Source: Lama glama
Taxonomy: Eukaryota
Direction: 5' to 3'
Assembly: GCA_028534125.1 (NCBI GenBank)
Contig: CM052818.1
Span: 45,696,001-45,760,000, forward strand
Length of the DNA stretch: 64,000 nt
In this document: positions 40,084 through 53,241 of the stretch, piece by piece
Layout of the letters: every line of letters begins with the position of its first letter
Position numbering within the stretch: position 1 is the first letter of the stretch
Notes under the pieces: generated by a model
Told to the model about the DNA's origin: nothing
The model's input: the letters and a program-made list of their open reading frames with translations, nothing else
The model's database searches: none
Program-made: the position numbers and the translations under genes

Positions 40084-40191
40084 TGTGTTCTCCTTGTCTG
40101 CCAGGCTGAGCCCCTTCAGGGGCGAGAGCTGGAGCTGCTGCTGCTGCTGCGGGTCCGCGATGGTGGCGAGCGGGACGCGGACGGAGAGCAT
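40084..40191 (-). CDS. RRM2: RRM2 coding exon 1 ([36 protein letters not shown])
   Basis: GCCGCC-ATG at 40191; 108 nt; donor ACA|GTGAGC; matches the RRM2 N-terminus with KEN box and SPLK CDK site. Confidence 0.97.
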
Positions 40192-42049
40192 GGCGGCGTG
40201 CGGCTGGGACAGGTGAGGCTGCGCGCGGATCCTGGAAACCCCTACATTGCCCCGCCGGGAATTTAACACATCCCGGAGATGCGCGCGGTGGGCGTGGCCG
40301 CCTCCCCATTGGATGGAGGTCGGCCGCTGGCCACGCCTCACGTAGGAGATTCAAGCGCGGCGCGGGAGCACCCTCCGCCCCTGCCCTCCAGGGACCCTCG
40401 CGGGACCTACACCTCCCAGGCCTCTGGGGGCCGCAGAACGGGCTGGGGGCTCCACTGCCGGGATCCCTGAGGGCCCCATCGGACAAAGACTGCAGCCCCT
40501 AAGCGTCTTGGTGGCCTTGGCGCGCGCGGGCACTCGCTTGTACCGGAACGGTTTGGGATTGAATGAAGCAACGCGATTGGAGCCCGCCCGAGAGCGGGAG
40601 AGGATTCCCCACCCCACAGAGCCACACCTCTCCGAAAACGTCTCTCGAACCCGTTTCGCGGTTCCGGGCAAATGGTTTTGCAAATGAGGTTGGTGCAAAT
40701 GCCTGTAAAACGCCCCTGGCCGCAAGAGAAACGCGTTGCTGCGACGATTTAGATAACGTGTACCTGGGTGGGAGTGCAGGGTCCCTGAGGTCGGGCAGAT
40801 TTGTGGAGTGATCGGTGGTGACCGTACTGCCTAATGGTTAGGGCCTGTGGGCTACAGAATCTCAGGGTGCATTTGCAGTGTCACTGGGACAGGTCCCTTG
40901 ACTTAGAAATTTGGCGGTCTCCTTGGTAAAATGGGACTTGTAGCCATGCTTAACCTGTGGGATTACTAATAAAATGAGATTAAATGAGAAAATTCATGTA
41001 AAATGCGAAGTCCTTTGTAAACCTTCAAGTTAATAACAGAGAGAGGGCCTTTGATGCAGTTTCCCACAGAAATCGTGTCTGATGTCAGACCACTGTCCTC
41101 TGTGACAACGTTGTTTTAAAAATTGCAAACTGAGCAAAAATTCCTGAGAAAAAGTTCAGAGAATGATTGAAGAACTAGGAATTCATTTACTGCTTATTGG
41201 GCATCAGAGAGCCTGAAGAGAGGGTTGAAAACCTCCATTGGGGTGAGGGTGGAGACATGAACTTTGTAACAGTTTTCATTTTACTTTGTACACGGTCTTT
41301 CAGATTTGCCATAGACTTTTGCCTTGCACGTGGCAAAACGCCAGAAATGATTGAAGAAAAAGAAGTGTTAAGATCCAGGCAAGAAATGATTAACCAGGAA
41401 AAGCTCCAACAGCTCCACACAGTCAGGGCTGTCACTGAGTGGGACTCGATTTTTCGATTTCAAGATATGCTACTTTAAATAGGTGGGGGTAGGGAAGATA
41501 CCCTCCCTAACGAGGTCTGTTTCTTAAAGTACTGCATACTATTTAAAGTAGTTTCAAGTCTCAGAAGAAAGATCAATGACAATCGCATCTCTTAGACGAA
41601 GCAACAACTGAAACGTTGGTCTTTGATCGTTTGTTTTAAAGCAACCCTCAGACATCTATTTCACCTCACTTACGCATGCAGCTCCATGAAATGGATGTTT
41701 TTATTGGGAGTTTTATATCTGATAAAGCCATTATCACATCTCACAAAATTATCAATAATTCCTTGGTATCCTTTAATACCCAATTCACATGCCAGTTTCG
41801 GGTAATCAGTATTTGAAATACTTGGGATTGCTGTCCCAGGCACCATGTGCTTTTTATCTTTAGTTCCTATTATATCCTGTAGGTACAGGAACCATAAAGC
41901 ATAACCAGAAACTATGACTTTATTTTCTGTTGAACTGCCACGAGGCAAGGGGGAAAAGTCACCCATCCTCCCCTTCACCGCCTCCCACCTCTGAGTCATT
42001 CAGGCATGCCCTGTCCTCCCCTACATCGGGTTTCTACTGCTCTGACTTT

Positions 42050-42510
42050 ACAAAGGAGGAAGCAGGGGCAGAAGGCTACGTGGCTCTGCTGGGCGGTCAG
42101 GCCGGGTGGAGACAGCCGGGCCAGGCTTCTGGTCTGCAGTGCCTCCTCTCTTGTCCGCGTACCGGAGAGGGAAGGGTCGGGCCCGACCAGGCGGCCCAGT
42201 CACCGGAAGACAGGACGCCGCAACAGCCGCCCAGCGCTGAGCGCTGGGATCCTCCCAGGATCGTCCCATTTTCGCCCTGGCGCCCGTTTTGACAGCTACT
42301 CCGCGATTGGTCCGTGAGACAGGCCCCGCCCCCAACTTCCGAGAGGCTGCGCTCATCCAGGGTTTTGGGATTCCAGCCCCGGCCACGGCAAGCCCCGCCC
42401 CCGTTTCCGGCGGCCGGACCCCGAGTGATTTCCTGTCCACCGTCGCTCGCGGGCCGGTGTGGTGACCTCTAAGGGGCCCCTCACCCACCCCCAGGTAGAG
42501 TCACTGCGGC
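42050..42510. promoter_or_regulatory. Second small CpG island, promoter-like
   Basis: CpG-rich; CCAAT (ATTGG 42306-42310), two GC boxes (42322-42333, 42392-42402), ETS motifs, TTTTCGCC. Confidence 0.7.
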
Positions 42511-42759
42511 CCGAGGAGCTCAAGTGATTTTCCCAAAGCCACTGATCACTCTATTCAGTCACCATGCTGGGGACCGTCCTAATAATACTAATGCCGATAA
42601 CGCCCCAGCCACTGGGCACCTGGACCAGGTGATTTACACGTTTAATCCAGACGACAGTGTGAGGTAGGTATTTTTAGCCCTGTTCTTCGGATGAGACTAA
42701 GGCCTGAGAGGCAAGGAGACTGCCCAAAGTCACACAGCTCCTTAAACTTCATAGCTAGA

Positions 42760-43760
42760 AATTTCCTCTCCCAACTTTTTATTAAGAATGTTTTTAACAC
42801 ACAGAAAAATGGAAAGAGTTCTACAGTGTTCACCCAACACCTAGGATTCAACTGTTGTTTCTCTTTTACCATATTTGCTTTTTCCCCCTCTATGGTGTGT
42901 GAGGCTTTTGTTTTTTCTGGATCATTGGAAAGCGAGGTGTAGATAGGACACCTCATTCCTAGATATTTCAGCATATTACAACATGCAGCTCCTACAAATA
43001 AGGGCGTTCTCTAACATAACTGCAATACCATATTCAGTCCTAAGAAAACTAACATTAGTTCTCTAATACCACCTAATATCTAGCCCATAATCAAATTTTC
43101 CCAGTCATTTCAAATATGCCTTTTTTGTTTGTTCATTTTTGATGCAGGATCCTATTAAATGGATGGATTACATTTGGTTATTGTATCTTTGTAGTCTCTT
43201 AATTTGAACAACTCCTCCACTTTTTTTTCCCCCATGACATTGACTTCTTGAAGTTTAGGCCAGTTTTCTTGTAGAATGTCCTGCAGTTTGTGTTTGCCTG
43301 ATGTGTCTTCAGTGTCATTTAACTTGTTCTTCTAATCCCTGTATTTACTGTAAACTGGAAGTTAGAGTTAAAAGCTTTACTAGATTTAGCTAATTTTTTG
43401 TGGGTATGCTAAAATACACATTCACTAAAATTTACCATTTGAACCATTTTCAAGTGTGCAATTCAGTGGCATTAAGCACATTCACAGCATGCAACCATCA
43501 CCACCATCCATCTCCAGAACTTTTTATCATCCCAAATGGGAACTCTGTCCCCATGAAACACTAGCTCCCCATTCCTCCCTCCCATTCTTGTAGGCACCTT
43601 GTTCTAGTTTCTGTCTATGTGACCTCATACAAGTGCAATCTTACAATATTTGTCCTTTTGTGTCTGGCTTGTTTCACTTAGCATAATGTCTTCAAGGTTC
43701 ATCCATGTTGTAGCCTGTGTCAGAATTTCATTCCTTTTTAAAGCTGGGTAATATTCCACT
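42760..43760 (-). mobile_element. Old L1 3' fragments
   Basis: gtttcacttagcataatgtcttcaaggttcatccatgttgtagc motif. Confidence 0.7.
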
Positions 43761-46249
43761 GGGTGGCTATCCCTCAGCTTGTTTATGAGATTTCCTTTCT
43801 GCAACCCATCAGCCCTTCCCTCCATGGAGTTCTTTTGTTTCCCAACCACTAGGAAGCAAGGTCAACCCTCCTCAAAACTGAGCTAATCTCTGTGTGGCTC
43901 CAGAGCGTCTCCTTTCTCTTTCTGAACTTGACATTCCCTTTTCAGACCTTCAGGGTGCTCAGAGCCCTTTGTTGAGGAAAAAGCATCCTCAGAGAGCAGG
44001 AAGACAACATACTTCATCCCAAGTGTGACTTGTTAGCTGAGGGATTTCAGGAGCGAGGCAGTGGGCTGAGGGTGGGGTTAGGTCAGCCTCCCTGTGCCCT
44101 CCAGTCCCTCTGCGAACCCCAGAAAGCTCGCCAAGGGACCTCTCTCTCCACATCTCCTCCTGTGGAAGCACACCATCTTGCGCGGGGGCCCTGTCTTTCC
44201 CTTCCTCCTCCCAGCAGGGCCTTTCCCTGCTCTTCTGTCAGGCCTCCTCCGGTCTTCCTTCGCCTGGGTCCCCTCCCCTGAAGGCTATGTTTCTGCCCCT
44301 CCCAGGCTTTGTCTGAAGGAGGGGATTTCCCACAGATTGACTTGAAAAAGAGACAAATAAGTCAGAACGTAAGGCCATGATTTTGCAGGCTCAGGGTTAA
44401 TTTATTTCCTTACCAAGTTCAGCTTTCAGTTGGCTTGTTTCTGAATAATTTCTTCTCTAATAGTTTTCTTCCCTGGATAAGGAGGCTGCAATATTGACTT
44501 CTAAGTACAGTGGGGTGTGTGTGTGTTGAGGAATGGGGGTGCAGCCAGCTTTAATGTTTAATGTTATTCTGAACTGGTAGACATATAGCGACCTATGCTA
44601 ACGGGACGCAAATCCTGCCGTTAGTGAGTGAGTAGGGGACTGAGGGGGAGGAACAGCGTGGTCAGCTCCAGCACGGAGATGAAGCTCCCCAGGCTTCTCT
44701 CACCAGCCACCACCTTAGCTAAATAATAACTTTAGGAGAAAGAGAAGCAAAACCTAGGAAAACCAGCCCTACAAAGCCCTGATGATTCATTTCCGAGATG
44801 TCAGTGCTTGTAGTGCAATAGAAGGACCAACACTGGATTCAGGTCTGAATACGTGACCTGAGATGACCTTGGACAAGTCACTTGATATTTCTGAGCCTGT
44901 TGCTTTACTGATAAAATGGGCGTGATAATTTCTACCTCACAGGTTGAACCTAAGGATTAAATGGGGTAGGATATTTAGTTCAGTCCTTTCCACTTAGTGA
45001 GCCTAGCTGACGTCTCTTAGTTCATTGGGATATAAAACTTCCATTACTCCAATGTGTTTTTCTTAGTTTCCTATTTTGGTTTGTTTCCAGGTCCTCACTT
45101 ACCCACAGCCCTGGAGTCACTATTCCAGCTCCTTCTCTCCCCGTCTCTCTTCTGTCTCCTCCCCACCACCACCAGAGAATTCCTCAGTGCAGGTGAGCAA
45201 AGCAGAAGCAGCGCTTAGCACCCCAGCCAGAGGGCCCTGTGGCACCTCCTGGCCATCACGAATCGGGGCCAGGCTCGAGTGGAGAACCCGGCCCAAGCGT
45301 CTCAACAAAGCCCCTGGGCCTCCTGGCCTAATTCCTAGTCCCACTGACGCGTCAGTCCCCTGACGTTCTGACCTGAGGCCCGTCCTAACAAGCCAGGTCC
45401 GATGACATCGTGCTGAAGGGCGCCATCTTCCCACAGGCCGGTGGCGCAGCGCGTGCCTGTCCCAGGCGGCCCCTTGACGACTTTCTGCAGCCTGGTGTGG
45501 CTGGTGTGTTGTAGGGCTGCCTCATCGCTCCGAGGCATTGCCCATTCTGTCCGAGGGGCCCTCCTAGGCCGTCAGGTTGAGCGTGGGGACGGGGAGGAAG
45601 GAGGCGGTGCTGGTGAGTGGGTTGGTTGAATTAAAGAATGAGGAAGAAGGGACAGAATGGCTTAGAGGTCTTAAACCTAGACTATGACTCCCGGCTTCCC
45701 CACTGGCTAATGAACATCAGTTTCCCCAGTAGTAAAACAGGCATAATAACCATATCTAGAACCTACTGCATAGGATGGTTGTGCGGATTAATTTGAGTTG
45801 TTACGTGTAAAACACTCATGAAACTTCCCAGAAGATCAAAAGCAGTAATAAATATAAGTTGCCATTAGTATAATTTGTCTAACGAGCCTCTTGTAATAAA
45901 CATGAAGGCCAGCTGCAGTTTTTCACTGTTATAACAACGCTGCAGTGGACGTCTTCGTGTTTCCTAGAAGTAGAGTTACTGGGTCGAATGGTGTAAACGT
46001 ATGAAATTTAGAGAAGTGCCAACAAGCTGCCTGTTAGCATGTTGGCCAATCACCGTCGCTGGCAGTGTCTGGGAGTGGCCTTTTCTCTGCATCCTGACCA
46101 TCAGTCTTCATGGATGGAGACTTACATTTCTTTGTCTGAATCTAAATGTATTTGACTATGAGTGAGATTGAATATGGACATACAAACATTTATATTTCTT
46201 CCCTGAGTTTCCTGATATTTGTCTACTTATTGATTGGGCTATTTATTTT

Positions 46250-46389
46250 ATTTTATTTTATTTTTTAAAAATTTTAGTGGAGAGGCAATTAGATTTTTAT
46301 TTATTTTTTCTTAGAGGAGGTACTGGGGATTGAACCCCGGACCTTGTATATGCTAAGCATGTGCTGTACCACTTGAGCTATACCCTTCC
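46250..46389 (-). mobile_element. Camelid tRNA-derived SINE (Vic-1-like)
   Basis: Reverse head; TSD gctatttattt. Confidence 0.85.
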
Positions 46390-47744
46390 CACTGAGCTAT
46401 TTATTTTCGTACTGATTTATAGGAATTCTATATGTTATGCTTGGATGGTACCTCTTTTTCTATTATATATGTTGCGGTTATATTTCCTGGTTTTTCATTT
46501 GTGTTTTTCCCCTTTTTTCCCCTAAATTATAACTTTATTTTGAAAGAATTTAAGACACAAGAAGTTGCAAAATTAGTACAGAAAGTTCCTGCGTACCTTT
46601 CCCCTAGGTTCCCTTAATATCTTACATAACCATCAGTGGATTGTTAAAATCAGGAAGTTGACACTGTTGCAATCCTATTAAGTAAATTACGAACCTCATT
46701 TGGATTTCACCAGTTTCTATGTGCACTCGCGTGTGTGCATACGTGTATGTGCATACACGGTTCTTGGAAATTTTATCATACGTGTAGATTTGAATAATCA
46801 TAACCAAATCAGGATGCAGAACTCTCCCATCACCAGAAAGAAAATCCCTGTGCTATTTCTTAATAGTCACACCCCCTCTCAGCTCCAACTTCTCGCAACC
46901 ACCAATCTGGTCTCCATCCCTGCAATTTTGTCACTTAGAAATGTGGTATAAGTGGAATCACAGTGTGTAACCCTTGGAGATTGGCTTTTTTTCACTCAAT
47001 GTAATGCCCTTGAGATGCTCCAGGTTGCTGAGTGGATCAGTAGTTTATACTCCCTTTTGTTACTGAGCGGTGTCCATGGTGTGGATGAGCTACTGGGTGC
47101 AAGATATCTGGGTTGTCTCCAGGTTTGAGCTAGTGCAGCACAAGCTGTTAGAGATGTTTGCGTGCAGGTTCTGGTGTGAACATACATTTTTATTTCTCTG
47201 GGGTAGATACTCAGAGGTGTCATTGCTGGGTCATGTGGTGAGTATATGTTTAACTTTGCAAGAAACGCTTGTGCAGAGTGGTTGTGCCATTTACAGCCTC
47301 ACCAGCAAAGAACGAGAGCTCCAATCGCTCCACTTTCTCACAAGCACTTAGTGTTACCCGTGTTTCATTATTTTAGCCGTTCTAATAGGCATGTGGCATT
47401 GTATTATCAGAGCTTTAATTTATATTTTCCTCATATTGAACATCTTTTCGTGTGCATTTATTTTCAGTCCATGTCTCCTTCTTATGGAAGTGTCTCTTCA
47501 AGTCTTTTGCTCCTTTCGAATTCATTGGCTCTTGACTGGGGGTGATGAATGCCAGGAGACATCAGCAATGTCTGGAGACATTTTTGGTTATTTCTTACTG
47601 TTGAGTTTAGAGCGTTCCTTATTATATTTTGGATGCCAAGTCCTTTGTTGGATATACAATTTGCAAATATTTTTCCCCAGTCTGTGGCTTGTTCGTTTAT
47701 TGTTTAATATCATTTACGGTGTCTTTTACCATTCAAAAGTTTAT

Positions 47745-47849
47745 TTTTTTTAAAACTTTATTTTCTTTTTTATAGAGGCACTAGGGATTGAACCCAAGAC
47801 CTCGAACAGACTAGACATGCACTATACTGCTGAGCTATTCCTGCCCCCA
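47745..47849 (-). mobile_element. Diverged tRNA-derived SINE
   Basis: Reverse head (gggattgaacccaagacc...tgagctat), T tail, short TSD aagttta. Confidence 0.7.
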
Positions 47850-48303
47850 AGAAGTTTACAAATTTTTGTATGGTAAACTGTTAAACTTTTCCTTTTCTGG
47901 TTTCTGGTTTTGCTGTCCTGCTCAAACACCACACGAAGATACATTTTCTCATAGAACATTGATAGTCTGTTTTTCACACTTTAATCTCCGATCTGCTGAA
48001 TAAGGCTGAGACCAAGCTCAACTTTTTTTTTAAATTGATAGCTAATTATTCTAAAATTCTTACTGAATAATCCATCTATCCTTTCTATTCTAATTCTAAA
48101 TGTTTCTTTATCCTTTAGAATACAATACTAAATTTCCATAGCTACATGATCTATTTCTAGATTCTCAGTTATGTTTCACTGATCTATCACAGACCTGCTC
48201 CATATTCTTTTAATTATTATTGTTATATAATTGATTTTTTATGTCTCTAGGGTATGACTCTCTCATTAATATTCTTTTATTCAAACATTTCTAGGCTATT
48301 CTT

Positions 48304-48444
48304 TTTTTTTAACATTTTTTATTGATTTATAATCATTTTACAATGTTGTGTCAAATTCCAGTGTTCAGCACAATTTTTCAGTCATACATGGACATATACA
48401 CACTCATTGTCACATTTTTTTCTCTGTGAGCTACCATAACATTT
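48304..48444 (-). mobile_element. Young 5'-truncated L1 3' end
   Basis: Perfect 17-bp TSD atttctaggctattctt (48287-48303 and 48445-48461); T tail. Confidence 0.85.
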
Positions 48445-51400
48445 ATTTCTAGGCTATTCTTGAAGTTACTTGTCTAGATGAATTTTATAATTTATATGTC
48501 AAGTTCCAAATTAAAATAAACTAAAAACATAATGGAATTTTTAAGTTATAATTGCATTGAGTTTATAGATTATTTGGGGGAAAATAATATCTTACCATGT
48601 CTTCCCATTCATGAACATGGTATACATCTTAAGGTTTTGTTCAAAGACCACCATTTGGGTTTTATAATACTCTTCTTGTAGGTTTTACACGTTTGTTGTA
48701 GGGTTTAATTCTCGATATCTTTATAGCTTAGCACTTGGTCCTTCTTTCTGTTCTGTGGCCATTACATGCTGACTCCCCCTTAGAGCCATTGCAGTAGCTG
48801 TTCTCAGGGCCTGAGATGCCCTTTCTCCTGACCTCTTTCATGGCTGACTCACTCCCCTCATTCAGACATCAGCCTCATGTCACCTGCTTGGTCACTCATG
48901 AACACACCACCCTATTTTAATGTTTTGCATAACACTTGTCAGTCTCTGAAGTTTTTCTTTTTAGAATATAAGCTCACGAGAACCAGGACCCATCAAGCTG
49001 TGTTTATGGCTGCATTTCCAGCACAGGATCCCAGTATGTCCTTGATGAATGTTATTGAATAAATGACAGGAAAGTGAATCAAGCATATCTATGATCTGGC
49101 TTAACTTTACTCCCTTTACCCCAAAGTATCTGTTGATGTTTGACACACATTTTTTATTATGTTAAATAAATTTCTTTATTTTCCTAGGTCACAGTGAGTT
49201 TTTATGAGGAATGTTGAATTTAATCAAAAACTCTTTTGGCATCTGCCAATAACATTGGGTGATTTTTCTCCTTAAGTTTATTGATGCAATTTGCTACATT
49301 GCAGCTAGACTGATATTAGTGATAACAGCAACTCATACACAGCATGTACTGCACATACTTACCTTCCTAAACACTTTTTGTATTTACATATTTTAACTTA
49401 TAACAACCCCATGAGGTAGGTACGTCATCATCCCCATTTTACATATGAAGGAAGTGAAACAGACAGGTTAGGTAACTTACCCAAAGTCAAACAGGTGGAA
49501 CCAAATTTGAACCTCCTCAATCTTATTCCTGAATCTGTGCTTTTAACTACAAAGTTAGTCTCTGTCAGTCTTTTATTCTTTTATTACTCTACTGGAACCA
49601 GTAGGATTATTTAGGTTTTGCATCATTTTTAAATAAAAGTGTTAATCTTTTATTATGTTCTCTAATCTTACATAGTTTGGAATTCAAGTAATTTCATTAG
49701 AATAAAATTAAGAATTTTTACATATTTTTCTTTGCGCTGATATAATTTAAAAGATCTATTTTTTGTAAGTAAGTTTGATAGAATTTGCCTGTAAAAACTA
49801 TCAAGGATTGCCACCTTTTTGTGCAGAGGGAGGTGAACATTTGACAGCTTTTCCACTTCCTCCTATGAGGTGAATATATTCCGTGTTTCTATCTGTACCT
49901 CAGTTAGGGGTCAGTTGAGAATAAAAGAAACTACGGTAGCCAATTTAAGCAGAAGAGGATTTACTAAGGGGAATTAGTGCTTATAAAATTATTGGAAGAG
50001 CTAAAGGGATGGGCTCAAGGTTGGGCCTCCAGGAGCAACTCCCAAAACATGTAGAACTGGTCCCCCACAGGAGCTGCACCCAGTGCTGTGATCAGTGGAC
50101 TGGTATCAGGAGCCCAGTGCCCCATTGCTAGGTTCTGGTCCACACTGTCTGCCATCAAGTGAATGCTCTATGCCCTTCCTCTTGACACCCATGTAACTAT
50201 AAACTGCTGTCTTTTTCTTTGAACTTTTAATTTCGAAATAATTTCAGATTTACAGAAAAATTACAAAGATATTACAGAAAGTTCCCATATACTCTCCATT
50301 TAGCTTCCCCTAATAATGACATCTTACATTTGTTAAAACTAAAAAAATAACAACAAAACAAAACAAAAAACCACCACAGTGTTGGTGACAATGTTGGTGC
50401 CATACTATTAACTACAGACTTTATTCAGATTCCACTAGATTTCTCACCTAGGTCCTTTCTCTGTTCTAGGATCCAATCTAGGATCCCACATTGCATTTAG
50501 CAATTTTAAAGACTGAACTCATTAATGTCCTTACATATTCTTTTGAGTATGCTTTGTACAAATCCCACAGATTTTAACAGGTGGCAACCTCATTTTTGTA
50601 TTTTTTCTAAATAGTTTGAAATTTTGGTTTTTATTTCTACCTTCATCTGAATTATTTAGAAGGTCAAAAATGTTAATTATTCATGTTGGTTTGATTTCAG
50701 TTTTGAATATCCTTTAGTTTCCACTCTGTTTTTATTGCATTGTGGTTAGAAAATGTGGCATGTACTTTTTCTTTTCTTTCTCATTACAAAAAAATTTTTT
50801 AAGTGTAGAGAATCTAATTTTTAATTTTTTGAGAAACTGCCATATTGTTCTCCAAAGTGCCTGCACCATTTCACATTCCCACCAAGAGTGCACAAGGGTT
50901 CCAATTCCTCTGCATTCTCACCAACACTTATCTTATTTTTTTTTAATAATTGCTATTGTGGTTTTGATGTACATTTCCAGCACTTACTTTTATAGGAGTA
51001 TTTTAACAGGGGGAACAATGTAGAGTTTGGAACAAAATTAATACTGTTATCTGCTGCATATCACATAACCCTGCTTAGCAAAAAACGTTGAAAAAATTTG
51101 AGAAGAGACCAGATTCATTTGAGGTGGCACATGTAAATGGAGGGCCATGACTTTAGTGTGTGGCCTTTGGAGTCAGACATACGGAGGCTGATCCTCCCTG
51201 CCGCATCCTGGCTATGTAACTGGACCGGCTGCTCGGTCACCGAGCTTTACTTCCCTCATCTGTAAAATGGGGTACTCGTACTGCGGTAGGATGTTATTAA
51301 ATCAGAGAATTCACGGCAGATCTAGCCGAGTGCCTGGCACAGCGTAATTCTCAATAAATGTTAGCTATTATGATGATTGTGAGCTTTGCTCCAGGGATTT

Positions 51401-52019
51401 CCAAGGCCCCCCTGTACCCACCATCCAAAAGCCCCACTGTGTTGCCTGATGAGCCCTGGGGAGGTGTCGCTGCCCTCTCTCTGCCTGTGCCTGATGGGAG
51501 GCTTATCTTGGCTCAGCCCCATGCCGTGCGGGGAGATTACAGAGGCTGGTGACTGGGCCTGGGTGATGCACGTTTTAAAAAACCTGCAGAATCACGCTTT
51601 GGGTGGGTTGACCTAACCCAAAGGGGCAAGAAAATATTCCAGAGAGACGGGGCAGGATGAGGTGGTGGGAAGTGTGGACAGGGGTGAGATTCCTGGGTTC
51701 CACACTCAGCGCTGGTCCTGATGCACTTTGATCTCATCTGTCCCATCTCACACGAGGCAGAAATCCAAGTCCTTACAAGGCCCTCGAGACTTATGAGTTT
51801 AAGTGTGTCACACGCTCATGCACTTCTGAGTTTAGAAACTACATTCAATAGAAGTAACAAGTTACTCATTTTTATTTTAAAAATCAATAAAATTACATAA
51901 CCCTATCTTCTGCGACACTACTCTCTTTTTGTGTACTTAAGGTGCCCTTTCTCCTTTAAGTACTGTAGTGAACTCACAGTCTTTCACAGACCTATTTTAG
52001 CAAATCATAACTATTGATA

Positions 52020-52725
52020 TTGAACTAGAACTGCCGCATGATCCAGCAATCCCACTTCTAGGTATTTGTCTGAAGGAAATGAAAATATTAACTCGAAAAG
52101 ATACACAGATATCTGTACCCCCATGTTCACTGCAGCATTATTTGCAATAGCCAAGACGTGGAAACAATCTAAGTGTCGATCAGTGGATGAATGACAAAGA
52201 AAATGTGGTATATACACACAGTGGAATATTACTCGCCATAAAAAGAAGGAAATCCTGCCATTTGCAACAACATGGGTGGACCCTGAGGGCATTGTGCTAA
52301 GTGAACTAAGTCAGACAGAGAAACACAAATATTGTACAACCACATTTATATGTAGAACCTAAGGAAAAACCCTCATGGATACAAGGAACAGATTGGTGGT
52401 TGCCAGAGGGCTGGGGCAGGGGCTAGGGGAAGTGAGTGAAGAAGGTTAAAAGGTATAAACTTCCGGTTACAAGATAAAGAAGTCCCGGGGATGTCATGTA
52501 CAGCATGGTGATTGTTGTTAATATCCTGTATCCTCTATCTGAAAGTTGCTCAGAGCAGATCTGAAAAGCTCTCATCACAAGAAAAAACAACGGTAACTAT
52601 GTGAGGTGATGGATGTTCATGAGATTTACTGTGGTGATCATTCTGCAATACATACACATATCGAGTCATCATACTGCACATCTGAAATGAATTTAATGTC
52701 AATCACACCTCAGAACAATAATAAA
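52020..52725 (+). mobile_element. L1 (L1MA-like) 3' end
   Basis: gatccagcaatcccacttctaggtat...ccatttgcaacaacatgggtggacc and terminal aataaa. Confidence 0.85.
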
Positions 52726-52989
52726 TATCGGCACTGGTGCACAGCGAAGTCAGTGGGATGTTGGCAGTCCCTTGGTTCCTTCAGTGCCACCCTGATGTGT
52801 TAGATGGTCCTCTTGATTCCTGGGGGCAACAGGACGGTCCAGACTCACCTGACTTAGTTCCTGCCCCAAGACATGGAATCAGCTCTCCTCGCAAAGCTCA
52901 GTTCCTCCTGTTGGAAGACAGTATGGAAGGGCCAACCTGGGTGTCCCTGGGGAGAAGGTGGGGCGCAAAAGGGCTGCTAGTGTTAACTC

Positions 52990-53135
52990 ATTTTGTTTTG
53001 TTTTGTTTTGTTTTAACTTTTTTTCTTTTGGGGAAGGAGGTAATTAGGTTTATTTATTTATGCATTTTTTCATAGCAGTCTCAGGACCTTGTGTATGCTA
53101 AGCAGGCGCTCTACCGCTGAGCTGTACCCTCCCCG
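52990..53135 (-). mobile_element. Camelid tRNA-derived SINE with internal deletion
   Basis: ggaggtaattaggtttattt tail motif and reverse head. Confidence 0.75.
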
Positions 53136-53241
53136 ATGCCTGTTTTTAGCAGCAGCAGTCACTGGACAAGAGCAGTTTTCCCAAGGTAGTGAGTCCCAGT
53201 GTGTTTTCTAATTTTGCATATTGAGGGTTTTATCCTACTGA

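Larger units (their letters stand above)
39760..40830. promoter_or_regulatory. RRM2: RRM2 promoter CpG island
   Basis: Dense CpG across exons 1-2 and upstream; TATA-like TTAAAT (40261-40266, minus); CCAAT at 40308-40312 and 40576-40580; E2F-like sites. Confidence 0.9.
45900..48730 (-). mobile_element. Old L1M fragments with nested SINEs and a small MER20-like piece
   Basis: Antisense L1 motifs such as ttgcaaatattttt and tcccattcatgaacatgg. Confidence 0.7.

Noticed and set aside
39920..40486. 188-aa minus-strand and 147-aa plus-strand ORFs over the RRM2 promoter
   Set aside because: Stop-poor GC-rich CpG island; low-complexity R/P/G/A product with no recognisable domain
41197..41478. 93-aa ORF with a helical-looking stretch (EMIEEKEVLRSRQEMINQEKLQQLH) after a good acceptor at 41303
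   Set aside because: No recognisable homology, only a weak donor and no consistent flanking exons; a tBLASTn hit with conserved frame would be needed
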